DNA of 16,960 nucleotides from Pedosphaera sp. GTDB lineage: Bacteria > Verrucomicrobiota > Verrucomicrobiia > Limisphaerales > SIBH01. Numbering within the stretch: position 1 is the first letter of the stretch; each line of letters starts with the position of its first letter. Positions 16,864 to 16,960 of this stretch are shown here, piece by piece. The notes beneath the pieces are model-generated. The model worked only from the letters and a program-made list of their open reading frames with translations, ran no database searches and was not told the DNA's origin. The stretch spans positions 1-16,960 of the forward strand of contig JANOQV010000209.1 in assembly GCA_031414955.1 (NCBI GenBank), in the 5' to 3' direction. Both the position numbers and the translations under genes were made by a program.

Positions 16864-16960
16864 CGGAGTGCGCCCGTCCTCGGGCGCAGCAGCGTGCGAA
16901 CGTCAGCGGGTATGTTTTTTTCGACGCGCTCCAAGTCATTACGTTGCTGCGCCCGAGGAC
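16864..16960. repeat. Intergenic GGAG-tagged REP doublet (REPIN-like), right arm cut by the window edge
   Basis: Left arm CGGAG-TGCGCCCG-TCCT-CGGGCGCA-GCAGCGT (16864-16895). Revcomp of 16941-16960, GTCCTCGGGCGCAGCAACGT, matches 16876-16895 at 19/20. Confidence 0.85.

Noticed and set aside
2055..16960. CRISPR array or IS element explaining the repeats
   Set aside because: The repeats are dispersed inverted doublets, not regularly spaced direct repeats, and there is no cas or transposase gene in the window.

Overview
GC-rich window, most likely from a Verrucomicrobia/PVC genome (inferred from the gene families), with every credible gene on the minus strand. In transcription order (right to left): ECF sigma factor, then an intact Zn-ribbon/Ser-Thr kinase/TM/WD40 protein; a second ECF sigma (TIGR02999/ECF43-like), then its partner kinase-WD40 gene, broken by a large internal deletion with frameshift; M13 metallopeptidase; DUF1080 protein; PQQ-like beta-propeller protein; a ~1465 aa secreted fusion (CE4/NodB-like deacetylase + FG-GAP repeats + PVC dehydrogenase-like propeller + HEAT repeats + CxxCH cytochrome c); and the 5' part of a secreted beta-rich protein that the ORF track missed. 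The most unusual signal is three different REP-doublet (REPIN-like) palindromic elements lying in frame inside the large fusion gene and translated as peptide inserts. Related repeat elements lie between genes. No rRNA, tRNA, CRISPR array or transposase was seen.
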